A stretch of DNA of 64,000 nt from Trypanosoma brucei (Eukaryota). Below are positions 43,353-54,390 of this stretch, piece by piece; positions within the stretch are counted from its first letter, which is position 1; each line of letters opens with the position of its first letter. Under the pieces are notes generated by a model that saw nothing but the letters and a program-made list of their open reading frames with translations, was not told the DNA's origin and ran no database searches. The stretch is from NCBI GenBank assembly GCA_000002445.1, contig CP000067.1, positions 1,248,001-1,312,000 of the forward strand. Direction: 5' to 3'. The translations under genes and the position numbers were made by a program.

Positions 43353-43889
43353 CTAGAAGGCGCTACGGTACCATTGTCGTTCCTCCTCCATTCCACGAAT
43401 TAACGCGTCCAGAAGGTCCCGCTCACTTTCACAGAGCTTCTCTCGCACATCACTCAAGTCAAACCCCTTCTTCGCAGCTGCACGGATGATTTTAAGATAT
43501 CGCAACTGATAGAGTCTAAAGAGTTGCCCCGCTAGTCGGTTGCCATCGCCCGTGGGGAGCATTGCACACAGCAGAAGCCCTGCTTCATAATAGTAAGGTG
43601 ATTTAGCATGAAGACTCACAGCAAGTGGGTCAGTTTTAAATTCGCGAAATACCGATGTGGTGTAACGTGACGGAACCTGGGGCACTATATGACCTACTTG
43701 GCGAAAAGCCACTGCTGCCCACAGGGGAAGAGTTGCGGTACTTCCGACTTGCACCTCGTCATGAGTCTCGCCCTCAGCGGTACGGGGGTTAACGTCTTTG
43801 CCAAGCCCAAACAAGGGTGTGGTGAAGGTGACTGGGATTAACTCCTCATTGGATAAAATGCTAGAGAGATCAAAATAATTCTTGATCAT
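43353..43889 (-). CDS. PSF3: GINS complex subunit Psf3. Start placed at the internal Met (MIKNYFDLSSIL); the ORF-track N-terminal 41 aa are probably spurious.
   Basis: YFDLSSILSNEELIPVTF...GLG resembles Psf3 YYDIDDVLADGTEFPCKF..PGLG. ATLPLWAAVAF resembles LSLPLWLARIL. FKTDPLAVSLHAKSPYYY resembles IKTDPVALDLHSINSHFF. C-terminal ERDLLDAL..EEERQWY resembles EEMEKEIY..KDTKRW (comparison with yeast Psf3 from memory). Confidence 0.8.
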   Translation of the reverse strand: MIKNYFDLSSILSNEELIPVTFTTPLFGLGKDVNPRTAEGETHDEVQVGSTATLPLWAAVAFRQVGHIVPQVPSRYTTSVFREFKTDPLAVSLHAKSPYYYEAGLLLCAMLPTGDGNRLAGQLFRLYQLRYLKIIRAAAKKGFDLSDVREKLCESERDLLDALIRGMEEERQWYRSAF

Positions 43890-44328
43890 TCTACCGTTTT
43901 CTATTTGATAAGTGAAGACAAAATAATGGGTCCCATGGAAGGGGAAATGACACAGTGTATATCCGCACACAATTATCTTTGGTACTAAATGAAAGGTCAT
44001 GCGGCTTCCCATTCGGAAGGATTAAAAAGTGAGTGAATCATCTGATACATGCAGTCTCCCTGTGCGCTTCTACAAGCAAGAGGGCAGGAAAATAAGATAA
44101 AATAAAATACCACCGTAATGATGATGAGGCTTGGTATTAGAGGTATAAGATCCTTTCTCCATATAGAGCAATGAAAAAAAAAAGATCTAATCTTCCTGCC
44201 TTCGTGCCAGCACCAAAAAACACCAAGAACACTTAACAACACCAACGACAAAAAAAAAAAGTACATACAGGTGATTTACATTTACGTATACAAGCCGAAC
44301 CCGTTAGGGGAATTTTGTTTCCTCTTTC

Positions 44329-45165
44329 TTAGGGATGGATAATCGGCGGAAAGTCTTCGTGCGCCCTCAGGGAGCGAAGCTGCATGAATTGCTCTTGACG
44401 GTCAACAATGCCCCGCAAAATGTCAATGTTTGTTTGGTTAAGAGGTCTGTTTACAATACCACGAACCTCACGCAGGAGTTCCTTCAGCTGTCCCTCTGAA
44501 GCGGCCATCGCTTGCTTTCGTTTCTTTTCGTTTTCGTAGTCCACCTTATAGTCATTCTCTGCGCCACGCTTCTTGATATCTTCGAGCTCGTCCACATCCA
44601 TTTCAATTCTGCGCCGTTCTCCGTGTTCGCGCAGGATGAGCTCCTCGAGTTTCGCTAACTTTTGCGTGGTTACGCTGCTCACGTCACTGTCCTTGTCTTG
44701 AGAACGTATGGGTTTCTTGAAAGCCATATTGCCAAATGTATCGCATAGACCGGAAGCAGCGCAATTCTTCGCAAGCACTTTGTGTGGACCAGGGAGCCAA
44801 CCATATGTCTCACCGGCGTGCACACAACACGTGGTACCAGGACGCTTTTTGGTGCATCCGAATGGAAAATGGTTTGCAGTTGAACGAAGCTGCTCCCGCT
44901 TGTTCCTCCAGCTCCCCGGATGTGCTGCGGAGCGGGGGATGCAAGGACAACCACCCGTCGCGTTGTAATAATTATTGGTTCTTGGTTGCGCGAGAACCTT
45001 ATAATTGGGTAACCCGAGTGGATGGCCGTAGCAATCGCAATGGTGGTACTTTTTATCGTGTTGTGCCGCCGCTGCAGTGGGCAGGCGCGATGGCCGTTGG
45101 GGAGTTTCTGTGGAGGGCTTTTCAGTGGCTGGTTTATGGGGGTTTAACACCGCCCCTCCAATCAT
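44329..45165 (-). CDS. Uncharacterised protein, paralog 1 of a tandem pair (KYHxC(D/E)CYGH...LPNYK...CPCIP Cys-rich N-domain plus C-terminal coiled-coil-like region)
   Basis: 278-aa ORF. Clear similarity to ORF 45878..46687 in the N-terminal ~60 aa; charged, Glu/Arg-rich C-terminal half. Confidence 0.65.
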   Translation of the reverse strand: MIGGAVLNPHKPATEKPSTETPQRPSRLPTAAAAQHDKKYHHCDCYGHPLGLPNYKVLAQPRTNNYYNATGGCPCIPRSAAHPGSWRNKREQLRSTANHFPFGCTKKRPGTTCCVHAGETYGWLPGPHKVLAKNCAASGLCDTFGNMAFKKPIRSQDKDSDVSSVTTQKLAKLEELILREHGERRRIEMDVDELEDIKKRGAENDYKVDYENEKKRKQAMAASEGQLKELLREVRGIVNRPLNQTNIDILRGIVDRQEQFMQLRSLRAHEDFPPIIHP

Positions 45166-45877
45166 GTTTTTTTTGTTATCTGGCTTGTTTTTATTCCTTC
45201 CTTCCGTATCGGTCTACCAACTGCGTCGGCCTTATATTTATTCTTTCTAGAGTCTACTGTTATTTGCGTTCGACCGTATCATTTAGAACGAAAAAAAAGA
45301 AAAGGAAGGGACCAACAGAATGAAAAAGAAATACCAAAAGCATACACAGTGGCTTCAAAAGCTCACGGGACACCGCCACAACTATCCAACAAACAACGGA
45401 AACTAACGACATCGTCACTTTGCCCGGCGCCGGAAGGGAAGGGGAGAAGCAATGGACTAAGGTGTGAATCCTCCTAAACTCATTACGCTGAACTCGTCAA
45501 CTACCTCTCCATTTTTCACATAAATACATACAATCTCCACCTCCGCGCTGGAAACATCACGGAGGAAGAGAATAATACTTGAAGTTTACATTTTTCTTTC
45601 TTTCCGCAGCATAACGGAGCCTAGGATAAAAGCAACGTGCGACAAAGCACCAGGACTCGGATCGCACGCTAGCAACTCCTCCTCCCTGGCGAAAAATCTA
45701 AGAATAATTTGTACAAAAGTATTGGGGGCCAAAATGCGGGAGGTAAGATGGTGTACGTCTTCTTATGTGTACAAAAAAATAATGGAGGAAATATCGCTTC
45801 CCAAGAATCCGCATTTGTTAATTGAAATCCCCCATCAATTCACGCATCTTCTTTCTTTTTGTTACTTTCCTCACCCG

Positions 45878-46687
45878 TCATACCCGCCCGGATGTCTTCT
45901 GTGATCCGAAGCTACGAGCAAAATTCCGCATTCTCTCTTGCTCTTCCAGTGTGTAATACATACGAATGATGTTGAGCTTAGAACCGACTGGCTGCCGCGT
46001 GACAAAGCGCAGCTCATCCATCACAGCATCGTATTGCTCCCCTACCGTCTTGGGTTCTTCATGATCTTCACTCAGCTGTGCTTCCCTGGCCGCAGCTGCA
46101 GCTTCTGCAAGTAGTCGTGCGTGGCGGCTTCCGCGAAGCCCGGTTTCATTTTCCAACTCTTCCAACTGCTTCTCAGCCTCCGCGCGATGGCAAATCTCAT
46201 CACGAAGCACAGCCTTTAGGAACTCCTTGCGGTCGTACATTTGCTCGTATTTTCGCTCACCTGGCGTCAGACGCCTCGGTTGGCCAATGGCAGGAAAAGT
46301 ATGTTTGGCCACCGTGCCGCCGTAGTTGCAGGCGTTGGGGAAGACGAGGCGGGCTCTCGTTACGGGATCCCGAAGTGTCGCTCCATCTCCAGGCACGCTG
46401 GCTGCCTTATGCACTCTGTGCTTGCCAGGTTCGAAGTCACGGTAAGTTTCCTCAGGAAATGCCACATTGCGTTTTGCAGGGTTTTCGCTGCAGTATGTGG
46501 TGTTGAAATTCTTCTCCCTCTTGTTGGGGATGCACGGGCAGGCGCTCACCTTCTGCTTTGCGTAGAAGCCCTGCAGCGTGCGCGGGTTGGTCAGTTTCTT
46601 ATAGTTGGGCAATTGCTGTGTGTGTCCGTAGCACTCGCACACGTGATACTTGTCTGAGTGAGTGACATTGTTGCTCGTCTGAGCCAT
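45878..46687 (-). CDS. Uncharacterised protein, paralog 2 of the tandem pair
   Basis: 269-aa ORF. DKYHVCECYGHTQQLPNYKKLTNPRT...ACPCIPNK aligns with KKYHHCDCYGHPLGLPNYKVLAQPRT...GCPCIPRS of 44329..45165. Confidence 0.65.
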   Translation of the reverse strand: MAQTSNNVTHSDKYHVCECYGHTQQLPNYKKLTNPRTLQGFYAKQKVSACPCIPNKREKNFNTTYCSENPAKRNVAFPEETYRDFEPGKHRVHKAASVPGDGATLRDPVTRARLVFPNACNYGGTVAKHTFPAIGQPRRLTPGERKYEQMYDRKEFLKAVLRDEICHRAEAEKQLEELENETGLRGSRHARLLAEAAAAAREAQLSEDHEEPKTVGEQYDAVMDELRFVTRQPVGSKLNIIRMYYTLEEQERMRNFARSFGSQKTSGRV

Positions 46688-47039
46688 CCTTGATTTCTTG
46701 CCTCCTTTGCTTGAAGACTATCACCTGCTCAATTCCTTCCCTTTCCCTTTCTCTTTTTCTGTGTTTAGTTCCGATTTTGTATTCCTGAGTTTTTTCACTC
46801 TTTCCCTTTAACAAAAAGGAGGATCTGATGCCCAACAGGTTGGCAGAGTGATTAGAAGAAAGAAGGGAAGGTCAAAAAATAAATAAAAAAAAGAAAATCA
46901 CGTTTCGGTGAAGTGACATCTGCTGAGGAAAGCAAGTAGTTCCCGGCCGAACGGGAACAATGCGTTGGCCACGTTCCACCACCAGTCTTCAGGTTACATA
47001 CACCACTTTCAACAAATATTAAACGAACGAAAGCGCCAC

Positions 47040-50000
47040 CTATTGTCCATTTGCGCCAACCAAAGGTAGATAACGACGCCGCACCTCAGCACTGAGCACT
47101 GTGGGTGCAGTACTGGTGAATGAGTCAATTGCTTTTACGATTGTTGGAACCACCGGGGCCCAATTCGATTGATCAGCAGCGAGTAGTAACGAGAGCATCA
47201 GCAGCAGTCGATAGGCCTCGCCAATGTGATTTTTCACCCTTGGAATGAAGCTGGGCGAGGCATGAATGACAGCAAACAACAGCGGCTCTGCCACGTCCAG
47301 GTGCAGGCGTCCCACCTGATGGAGAGCGGCCAACGCAACAGCACAAATGAAAGCGTTCATCTTCACGTATCCCCTGTCCTGCGCTGTCGATGATGTAAGA
47401 TAGCTCCGCAACGTCTCCGTCAAGTTGTTCAGACTCTGTGAAGGAACCACTACATGTAGAATTGGGACTGGATCTGCGTTGTGGTCAAACAGAAGGTTGT
47501 AGAAGATCAGCCCCAAGCAAAGAAAAACATTACTTATAGCCTTTACCGCTGGCATTTCGCAGGCCACTTCTGTTAGACACAATCGACAAATTGTGGCGAC
47601 CATGTGTGGATCTCTATGGAAGTGCATAGCAGTGCTAAGAAATGCCACGCACGAGCGCGCTAGTTCAACTTCACCAAACTGTTGCCGCCGTTGCCTTTCT
47701 TCGAGAATTTGGGCACAAACAGAGACAACATTATTAGCTGCGCCGGTACCATATCCAACCATTACATTCTTCAGGAGCACTGCGGTACGCAAAGATGAAT
47801 CTATCATACAAAGTAGTTCTTCTTCATTCATCAATGCAGAACAGCAACCGTCCAGCATATCGAAGACAAGTGTGGCGATGTCACTACCGTACACCTCCAT
47901 GATGGAGGATGAATTCCCTTCGGTGTCTGCCGAACAGTTCAGCACTACAAGGGCGAATTCAGTGAGAGGAGATACTACATCTTCTAGCGTGCCCTTGCTT
48001 GCGGCCGAAACGACCTCCACCATGGCATTCATCAAGGAAATAAGCTCGACAGCGTTAGTTCCGGATTTTTTTTTGTTCTCGCCGTGATGAAGCAGAGAAG
48101 CGAGTTGTTGTCCCTGTTTCCCCAAAGCAGTTATGGTGTGCATGGTAGTAATATCGTCAATCAAAGGCTCTTGTTGTCGCTGTTCGTTACCGGAGGCCAC
48201 CGAAAGAACCTCTGATAAACAGCGATACGTCGCCGTTCTTGCCGCATATTGCATCGACGGAAGTGCAGAAACAAGTCCCCGAATCACAGTGGACAGTGCA
48301 GAAGCAACAGCCCTGGTCTCGCCGTCGATGCGACAGTCATCCAATGAATAAAGCGTAACCTTCGTGATGGAGTTAATGGCCTCCAGCTGAACTTGTTTAC
48401 TCACCTCCGATGCCGTGACACCAATGAGCAGATGTAACACAGGCGGAGGGGAAATCAACCCCTGCAGGTGTGCCGGTCGGCGTGCACTTGCCGCCCATCC
48501 AGTTGACATTCGAGCCACACAACGAACTGCCTGATAACGCAGGTGGTGAGGCGCCGTAGAATTTGGGCCGAGAGCTCCCCAACAGTTTGCTGACACGTGC
48601 CCCAAGAAGTCATCATGTAAGTCATCAAACAACTCGTCCACAACTTCAGCCAATATAAACAGTGCCGCCTGTTGCTCTTTCAGCGATTCCACGGAGTTTG
48701 CTTCCCTCGTTAAGGCCGAGGTAATGAGGGGGATGAGATGCGCCAGAAGATCTCCTGGGCATGTGCAGCTCATAACGTCAAGAATATGGGTGAAGACTTG
48801 CTTCTTGGTTGTTGCACACTCCGCATCACTTTCTTGCCCGTCGCTTCTATCCGTGGCGCCGCAGCTGTTTATGTCACTTTTGTTCTCGTCGGAATGATCT
48901 TCGGCATCCCCCGCTTCCACGTTGCGTCGATTGAGCACGACGGGGCGGACGGTGGCTTCGTCATCAGGTGCGCTCGTAGTTTCTTCTTCACTTGTGTTGG
49001 GAAATATATCAGTCAAGTGCACTGCGTTGTAGAAAAGAGTTTCAGCCACCTCCCGAGCTATACCTGATAGCACTGTTGCATGTGTCTCCGCTATATCGCC
49101 CAGAAGTGTAAGACAGCGTATGACAATACTTTCTTCTTCACTTTCGTGGCTGCGGATACGGTACAGTACGTGTGGTAAGAATAAAACAGTTGCGTTAATA
49201 GTGGAGGCTGAAGACTCTGTGTCCCACCGAAGGGCCTCACTTAGGTATTCCGTTGTGGCCACTAATACGTGTTGGTTAAATGGGGCGGTACACAGTTCAG
49301 CAACAAGAGCACATACTTGCTCGTGCAACTGTTTCGCATAGTGGAGGGTATGATCTGGTGCAGTGGACACGTCAAGCGATGCCTCAGGCGTGGAGTCATC
49401 AAAAGATTCGTCCGGGTTGTCTGAGAGAAAAAACACCTTCTCAACAAAGCATGACGTTGCGGCTGACAGCACTAGTTGCATAGCACTGGCCACATCGCCT
49501 CCACTACGCAACATGAAAGCTACAGCCTGAAGCATATACGAAAAAAGTTCACCTAAGCACTCACACGCCGAGCTGTCCGCTTCAATAAGTTCCCGAAGTT
49601 CTTCATTGCATTCTTCACACACGATTCGTGTGCAGGTGGCCAAACCTTGTACAGTCCGGCTGACGGTAAAGAATCCCTCCATATCAGTGGCCTGCTGACA
49701 CCGAAGGAATGTCAGACTAGATTCATTTTTCAGTGTCTCAAGGAGCTGTGGCCAGCGCTGCAAAAGTCCCTCACCCCTCACGATGGATGCTACCACAAGA
49801 CTCGCGGCTACGTTCACAGAAGGAATCGTGTCTGCCAGCGCTCTAAGCAGGGGCGGTCCAACTATATCGGCGTTCAAACAATCAATAATGGTCGGGTTTA
49901 TTTGCACGATCTGTTTCAGAATCAACCCAGCTGAATGACGAATAGACGCTTCATAACTCTCGTTTCCACTACATAGTACTTCCAACAAGAAAATGGCCGC

Positions 50001-50138
50001 CCCGCCGCTGAAGGCAAAACGCTGCAGCTGCAGGATGTTATCCCGCTGTACATTCATGTCAGAGGAAGTGACGTTCCGCAGAAATTGTACGAGGGCCTCA
50101 TGTTGCTGCGGGCCCCAACTTGAAGTCATGAACCGCAA
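47040..50138 (-). CDS. Importin-beta family karyopherin (transportin/importin-like), 1032 aa
   Basis: N-terminal importin-beta N-domain pattern: ALVQFLRNVTSSDMNVQRDNILQLQRF...IRHSAGLILKQIV (cf. transportin ...DTTIQRTVQQKLEQL...RSLSGLILKNNV). The ~1000-aa length is consistent with HEAT/ARM karyopherins. Confidence 0.7.
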   Translation of the reverse strand: MRFMTSSWGPQQHEALVQFLRNVTSSDMNVQRDNILQLQRFAFSGGAAIFLLEVLCSGNESYEASIRHSAGLILKQIVQINPTIIDCLNADIVGPPLLRALADTIPSVNVAASLVVASIVRGEGLLQRWPQLLETLKNESSLTFLRCQQATDMEGFFTVSRTVQGLATCTRIVCEECNEELRELIEADSSACECLGELFSYMLQAVAFMLRSGGDVASAMQLVLSAATSCFVEKVFFLSDNPDESFDDSTPEASLDVSTAPDHTLHYAKQLHEQVCALVAELCTAPFNQHVLVATTEYLSEALRWDTESSASTINATVLFLPHVLYRIRSHESEEESIVIRCLTLLGDIAETHATVLSGIAREVAETLFYNAVHLTDIFPNTSEEETTSAPDDEATVRPVVLNRRNVEAGDAEDHSDENKSDINSCGATDRSDGQESDAECATTKKQVFTHILDVMSCTCPGDLLAHLIPLITSALTREANSVESLKEQQAALFILAEVVDELFDDLHDDFLGHVSANCWGALGPNSTAPHHLRYQAVRCVARMSTGWAASARRPAHLQGLISPPPVLHLLIGVTASEVSKQVQLEAINSITKVTLYSLDDCRIDGETRAVASALSTVIRGLVSALPSMQYAARTATYRCLSEVLSVASGNEQRQQEPLIDDITTMHTITALGKQGQQLASLLHHGENKKKSGTNAVELISLMNAMVEVVSAASKGTLEDVVSPLTEFALVVLNCSADTEGNSSSIMEVYGSDIATLVFDMLDGCCSALMNEEELLCMIDSSLRTAVLLKNVMVGYGTGAANNVVSVCAQILEERQRRQQFGEVELARSCVAFLSTAMHFHRDPHMVATICRLCLTEVACEMPAVKAISNVFLCLGLIFYNLLFDHNADPVPILHVVVPSQSLNNLTETLRSYLTSSTAQDRGYVKMNAFICAVALAALHQVGRLHLDVAEPLLFAVIHASPSFIPRVKNHIGEAYRLLLMLSLLLAADQSNWAPVVPTIVKAIDSFTSTAPTVLSAEVRRRYLPLVGANGQ

Positions 50139-50312
50139 CTAGAAAGCTGTTAAATGTTACCACGTCAAATAGCGAGAGAGAAAGAGTGGCAGATGTGCGC
50201 GGGGTGAGTCACAACATTGGCGCACGATTAAAGCACTTCCGTAAAGGGGGAGGGAAAGGAGAGGATACAGACTCGTCGTTGGTACGAAACACCCGATGTG
50301 ATGATGCCAATT

Positions 50313-51908
50313 TCACCGACCTGTGGCGGCGTTCGCGTCTTCGGTAATTTTGCACATCTCTTCCCTCAGGGGAGCACGCACGGCCGTTGCGTACTCTTGT
50401 CGAAGCTCGTCAAAAACCGTGACGCCTTTTTTGTCCATTGTCACCAAAAGTGCAGAGGCCTCTTCATATCGATTCAGCTTGAGCAGCACGCGAAGTATCT
50501 TGTTGAGTGTCACACCATTTCCCTTTACACGAAAGCGGCGCATTTCGCGAAGAAAGTAATTGAGTTCACCGTACGACTGTGCCTTCTCCATCGCCTCCAG
50601 TAGAATGGTGAAGGTGTGTTCACTGGGCGCCATCCCACTCGCCCTACCACCAGGCCGTCCCATCACACTCTTATAAATAGCAAAGGCGGAAAGCGGATCA
50701 CGCGAGTGACAGGTCACGTGAAGAGCGGCGTTGAGAAGTTGCGGTGTAATAACTGTGCTGTCAATGGAAGACAAACACGCGAGCGCTTCGTCATGCTGCT
50801 GGTTGTGCATCAACCCAAACAGAAGCCGTGCGCACACACCGGCAGACACTTGCCGCTCGTGCCTTGTGCGATAGTCGGTAACTCGCGCTACCGCCAGATG
50901 CATCACAGCGTTCACGTCGCACACGCCAATGTAGGAGGCTATAGTGTACTCCGTAGGTGCGAGGTGAAAGCGGTCAAGGTCCATCATGAGGGAGTGTGCG
51001 CGCGCCTCCACAACGACATCTTTCTTGCGGTGTCTTTCGAGTATTCCCATGACATGCTGCACCACGCGGGATGTGGGATTTGTTCCGCTATCAATCATGT
51101 AACGATATACCCTCCAAAGGCTTTGGAGCATCGGTCCCGTGAGGAGGGATGCCGCTGCGATGATGGGGCTGACAAACTCAGCGGGCAGGAGGCTCGGTGC
51201 CGCCTTTGCGGTGCGACCAGCTACCTCTTCAGCATCTAGTGAAGGTGATGAGCTACCCAGCGTTCCCACGGCGTAGAACACGTGAAATATATCTTCATAT
51301 GTGTCTACCCGAAGACGAATCCGTTTGTCGATAACTTCATCATGCAATGCGAGTAAAACATGACACTTTTCGATGGGCGCGAGATGAGACTCCATACACG
51401 TGACAATGCGTACGAGAAGCTGTTGGTACTGTCGCCTGCGAGCATTCCAAAGCAATTCCCGCTGCGAGCGGTCGAGATGCAGTTCCTCTCTTTGGGAGTC
51501 GAGTGTCACCACCGTTGCGGGGTCGTGTTGAACCAACCGTGCATTACCACTTTCTGCTTTATCCTCACCAATGCAAGATGCCTCCGCGGCTGACCGTGCA
51601 GCGGCCTGTGAACCTCCTGCACTCCTAATGATATGCTCGTTGAGCGCCTCATTCTGAGGCAGCAGTTCTTTGTCCGCACGTAATTCACGATGTTTTACCT
51701 GCTTGAAGGGCTTCACCCTGACAGTCTTACCCCGTTGTAGCGGTCGCAAGTGATTTGCTTCGGCACTTACTCCTATACGATTCCCCCAGCTGCTTACGCA
51801 CAGCCGTTTCTCTGCTATTGGGAAGCGTTTCCAAACAGGTGCTTTTAACACCGCAAACCGCCGCCACGAGACACTACAGACTTCTGCGAGGACCATAATG
51901 TTCCCCAA
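50313..51908 (-). CDS. Pentatricopeptide-repeat (PPR)-like protein, likely a mitochondrial RNA-binding factor. Start codon uncertain.
   Basis: Repeated 35-aa helical hairpins, e.g. TFTILLEAMEKAQSYGELNYFLREMRRFRVKGNGVTLNKILRVLLKLNRYEEASALLVTMDKKGV. Kinetoplastids encode many PPR proteins. Confidence 0.55.
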   Translation of the reverse strand: MGNIMVLAEVCSVSWRRFAVLKAPVWKRFPIAEKRLCVSSWGNRIGVSAEANHLRPLQRGKTVRVKPFKQVKHRELRADKELLPQNEALNEHIIRSAGGSQAAARSAAEASCIGEDKAESGNARLVQHDPATVVTLDSQREELHLDRSQRELLWNARRRQYQQLLVRIVTCMESHLAPIEKCHVLLALHDEVIDKRIRLRVDTYEDIFHVFYAVGTLGSSSPSLDAEEVAGRTAKAAPSLLPAEFVSPIIAAASLLTGPMLQSLWRVYRYMIDSGTNPTSRVVQHVMGILERHRKKDVVVEARAHSLMMDLDRFHLAPTEYTIASYIGVCDVNAVMHLAVARVTDYRTRHERQVSAGVCARLLFGLMHNQQHDEALACLSSIDSTVITPQLLNAALHVTCHSRDPLSAFAIYKSVMGRPGGRASGMAPSEHTFTILLEAMEKAQSYGELNYFLREMRRFRVKGNGVTLNKILRVLLKLNRYEEASALLVTMDKKGVTVFDELRQEYATAVRAPLREEMCKITEDANAATGR

Positions 51909-52081
51909 TCAGCTTAATTCTGTTCCTATGATCACGTAGGGGCCCTAACAATAAGCAAAATGTAGTGTTTAAACGCACCCATCCGCAAAGGGCGTAGCGG
52001 TGGGCAGCGAAGTAAAAAAAAAAAGAGAATTCGTTGGAATAAGGCGTTAAGACGCGAGGGGAACGCACGGAAGATACAGGC

Positions 52082-52099
52082 ATATATATATATATATAT
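52082..52099. repeat. (AT)n microsatellite
   Basis: Direct reading. Confidence 0.9.
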
Positions 52100-52968
52100 C
52101 TTTTAATTTATTTGCGCGCTTGCGCATAGTTTTGTCCCGAAAGTATCGCCTGCCTCACGGCAACGGCTGCAGGGGTGGTGGGTAGGGTGGGAAAGTGTTG
52201 AAGTATCAAAAAGAGATAGCCGCGTTGATGGCGATACCGCCAAAGTGGAATACAACAAGGAAACGGCTTGGGTAAGAAAAAGAAAAAAGAACAGAGAACA
52301 AATATAAAAAACAAGAAAAAAAAAGGGACAACAAACAGAACGAAAATAAGACAAGTGGAGGAAATAAGTAACCATAGTTAGTGGCAGACAAAGGAAAAAG
52401 TAATAAATGTATTGAAAAGTAGTGATACTTTCTTTAGTCTTTTCTCAGTTAATCCATTGAGCGCGCTACGCTATATGCATGTACACGACGCTTGCCACAC
52501 ACGTGTTAAGCGCCGCTACCGCAACTCACCAAGATTAAAAGAGAAAAGTAGGAAAAGAACTGGTAGTAGTAAGCGCTAAACAAGAAAAAAAAATAGAAAG
52601 TATTGGTTGAGTCCTCACTGCGTCACGGTTTCCCGTTACATAACCGAAATTACGCTTGTGCTCAGTGGACGGAAGACGCAGCTCAGTGTCTCTATAAATC
52701 AATGCGTACAACAGTAAATTAAATTTTAGAAAAAATAAAAAGAAACATTCTTGAGGCTTTTCTGAAGGGGTACAAGTTACCTTTTTGATTGGTTATTTGC
52801 TTAATGAAGCAAATAACAAAACGTACTCAATTATTGATGCAACCCATTAAATGGGTTTCGGGTTTTTTAAAAGGAAGTGAAAATATTATTATTTTTTCTT
52901 CATTACATTCGTGAGGTGTTGAATAAGGGCTGTTTGCACTCCCTCTCCTGCTACGCCGCCTCCCCTCC

Positions 52969-54390
52969 TTAAGAATACCTCTTAATTGTGTAGTAAACAG
53001 ACGCGCTCGTACCAAAGACAATTGCAACAACGCCCAGAATGAGCAATACATATGTCAAGATATACTGCACCCAGCCCACGCTTTGGCGTGTCCAACCACC
53101 GGCGTACATGATGAAGAGTGCGGGGAATATAAAGCCAATGAAACCACCGCAGAAGGCACCAACAAGTCCGAAGATGACGTTGATGTCTGGCACGAACAAA
53201 CCGAGAACGAGCGAACCGACAGCAAATGAAACACTGACGATACTGTGCCTAACATATGACATGGTATCCAGGTCCCACCGCAGCACCTGAAAGAGGGCTG
53301 TACGGCATGCGAGCATGTTAAGCGAAAACCCAGCGCAGAGTTTGACGATGATGCCAATGAAGCAAACAAAGAAGACGGGATTTGCGTAGGGGTCGTAAAG
53401 CTTCAGAACGGAGCCCTCCACCGTTGGGCCGAATTCTGCGTAGCCGAAAAATCCGGTGAGCAGGTAGACACAGCAGCAAATGGAGCAGCTCACCGCCGCA
53501 TCGCGGGTCATACGAGTGACGGAACGCTTCTTCATCTCAAAGAAGATGGAGAATGAGTTCACATGACAAAGATAAGCGAAGATGAATAGCGAAAGCCCTG
53601 CCACGGCGTCATTACCGGAACGGAACATGACAAGTTCCTGCTTGATGCCGCCATCGGTAACCATCTTTTCAGCCGAGTGCTCCACCACACAGATGGCGAA
53701 GAATAGGATGAACGAAACGCCGATCGCTGACGCATAGCGCAATGAATTCACCCTCTTAGGGAGCGTCAACGGAAAGATGAAGACAAACCAGATGGCACTC
53801 GTGAGCAGGCGGCGGCCGCCTTTGGACTGCAGATATGCCGGTACCTTTTCATGTGAAAGCAATCCTTGCAGTACGTCACCGATTGCCACCACATATCCAG
53901 AGGCACCGCCAAAGCACAGAAGCCACAACAGAAAACCCACAGCAATATCAGCACGGGGACCGAGTAGGTTACGCGCCATGGATTCAAAGCTGCGGTAGCC
54001 GGTCTTTTCCGCCGCAGACACAATCAGGAAGATGGAGAAGACGGTAAAAACCGTAACCAGCAGCAAATAGATGATTGCCATGATCATGCCTGATGTGTTG
54101 AAAGCGGATGGAATTGACATGATACCGGCGCCCAATGTAACACTTGCCAGGTTGAAGATGCCGGAAAGGGCACCACCGCGCGGTAAGATAAAGTGGAAAC
54201 AGCGCATCAACGCGTTGCCTTGTTCTTCGGGCTTTTGTGCTTCTCCAGATTTCTCCGGTGATTCCCCTTCACTCAAGTTGGAACGAGCGAGGAGGTTGTC
54301 TGCGAGAACATTTGGAGTGCGTAATGGTTCCGCTGTTGCCTCATTGGTAGGGCACTTGTTTGGCGCTTGTGCAGCAGCTTCAAATGTCAT
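52969..54390 (-). CDS. Amino acid transporter (Aa_trans / AAT family), ~11 TM helices
   Basis: N-terminal FNLASVTLGAGIMSIPSAF, multiple hydrophobic helices, a hydrophilic N-tail and a length of 473 aa all fit the eukaryotic amino-acid/auxin permease family that is expanded in trypanosomatids. Confidence 0.85.
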   Translation of the reverse strand: MTFEAAAQAPNKCPTNEATAEPLRTPNVLADNLLARSNLSEGESPEKSGEAQKPEEQGNALMRCFHFILPRGGALSGIFNLASVTLGAGIMSIPSAFNTSGMIMAIIYLLLVTVFTVFSIFLIVSAAEKTGYRSFESMARNLLGPRADIAVGFLLWLLCFGGASGYVVAIGDVLQGLLSHEKVPAYLQSKGGRRLLTSAIWFVFIFPLTLPKRVNSLRYASAIGVSFILFFAICVVEHSAEKMVTDGGIKQELVMFRSGNDAVAGLSLFIFAYLCHVNSFSIFFEMKKRSVTRMTRDAAVSCSICCCVYLLTGFFGYAEFGPTVEGSVLKLYDPYANPVFFVCFIGIIVKLCAGFSLNMLACRTALFQVLRWDLDTMSYVRHSIVSVSFAVGSLVLGLFVPDINVIFGLVGAFCGGFIGFIFPALFIMYAGGWTRQSVGWVQYILTYVLLILGVVAIVFGTSASVYYTIKRYS

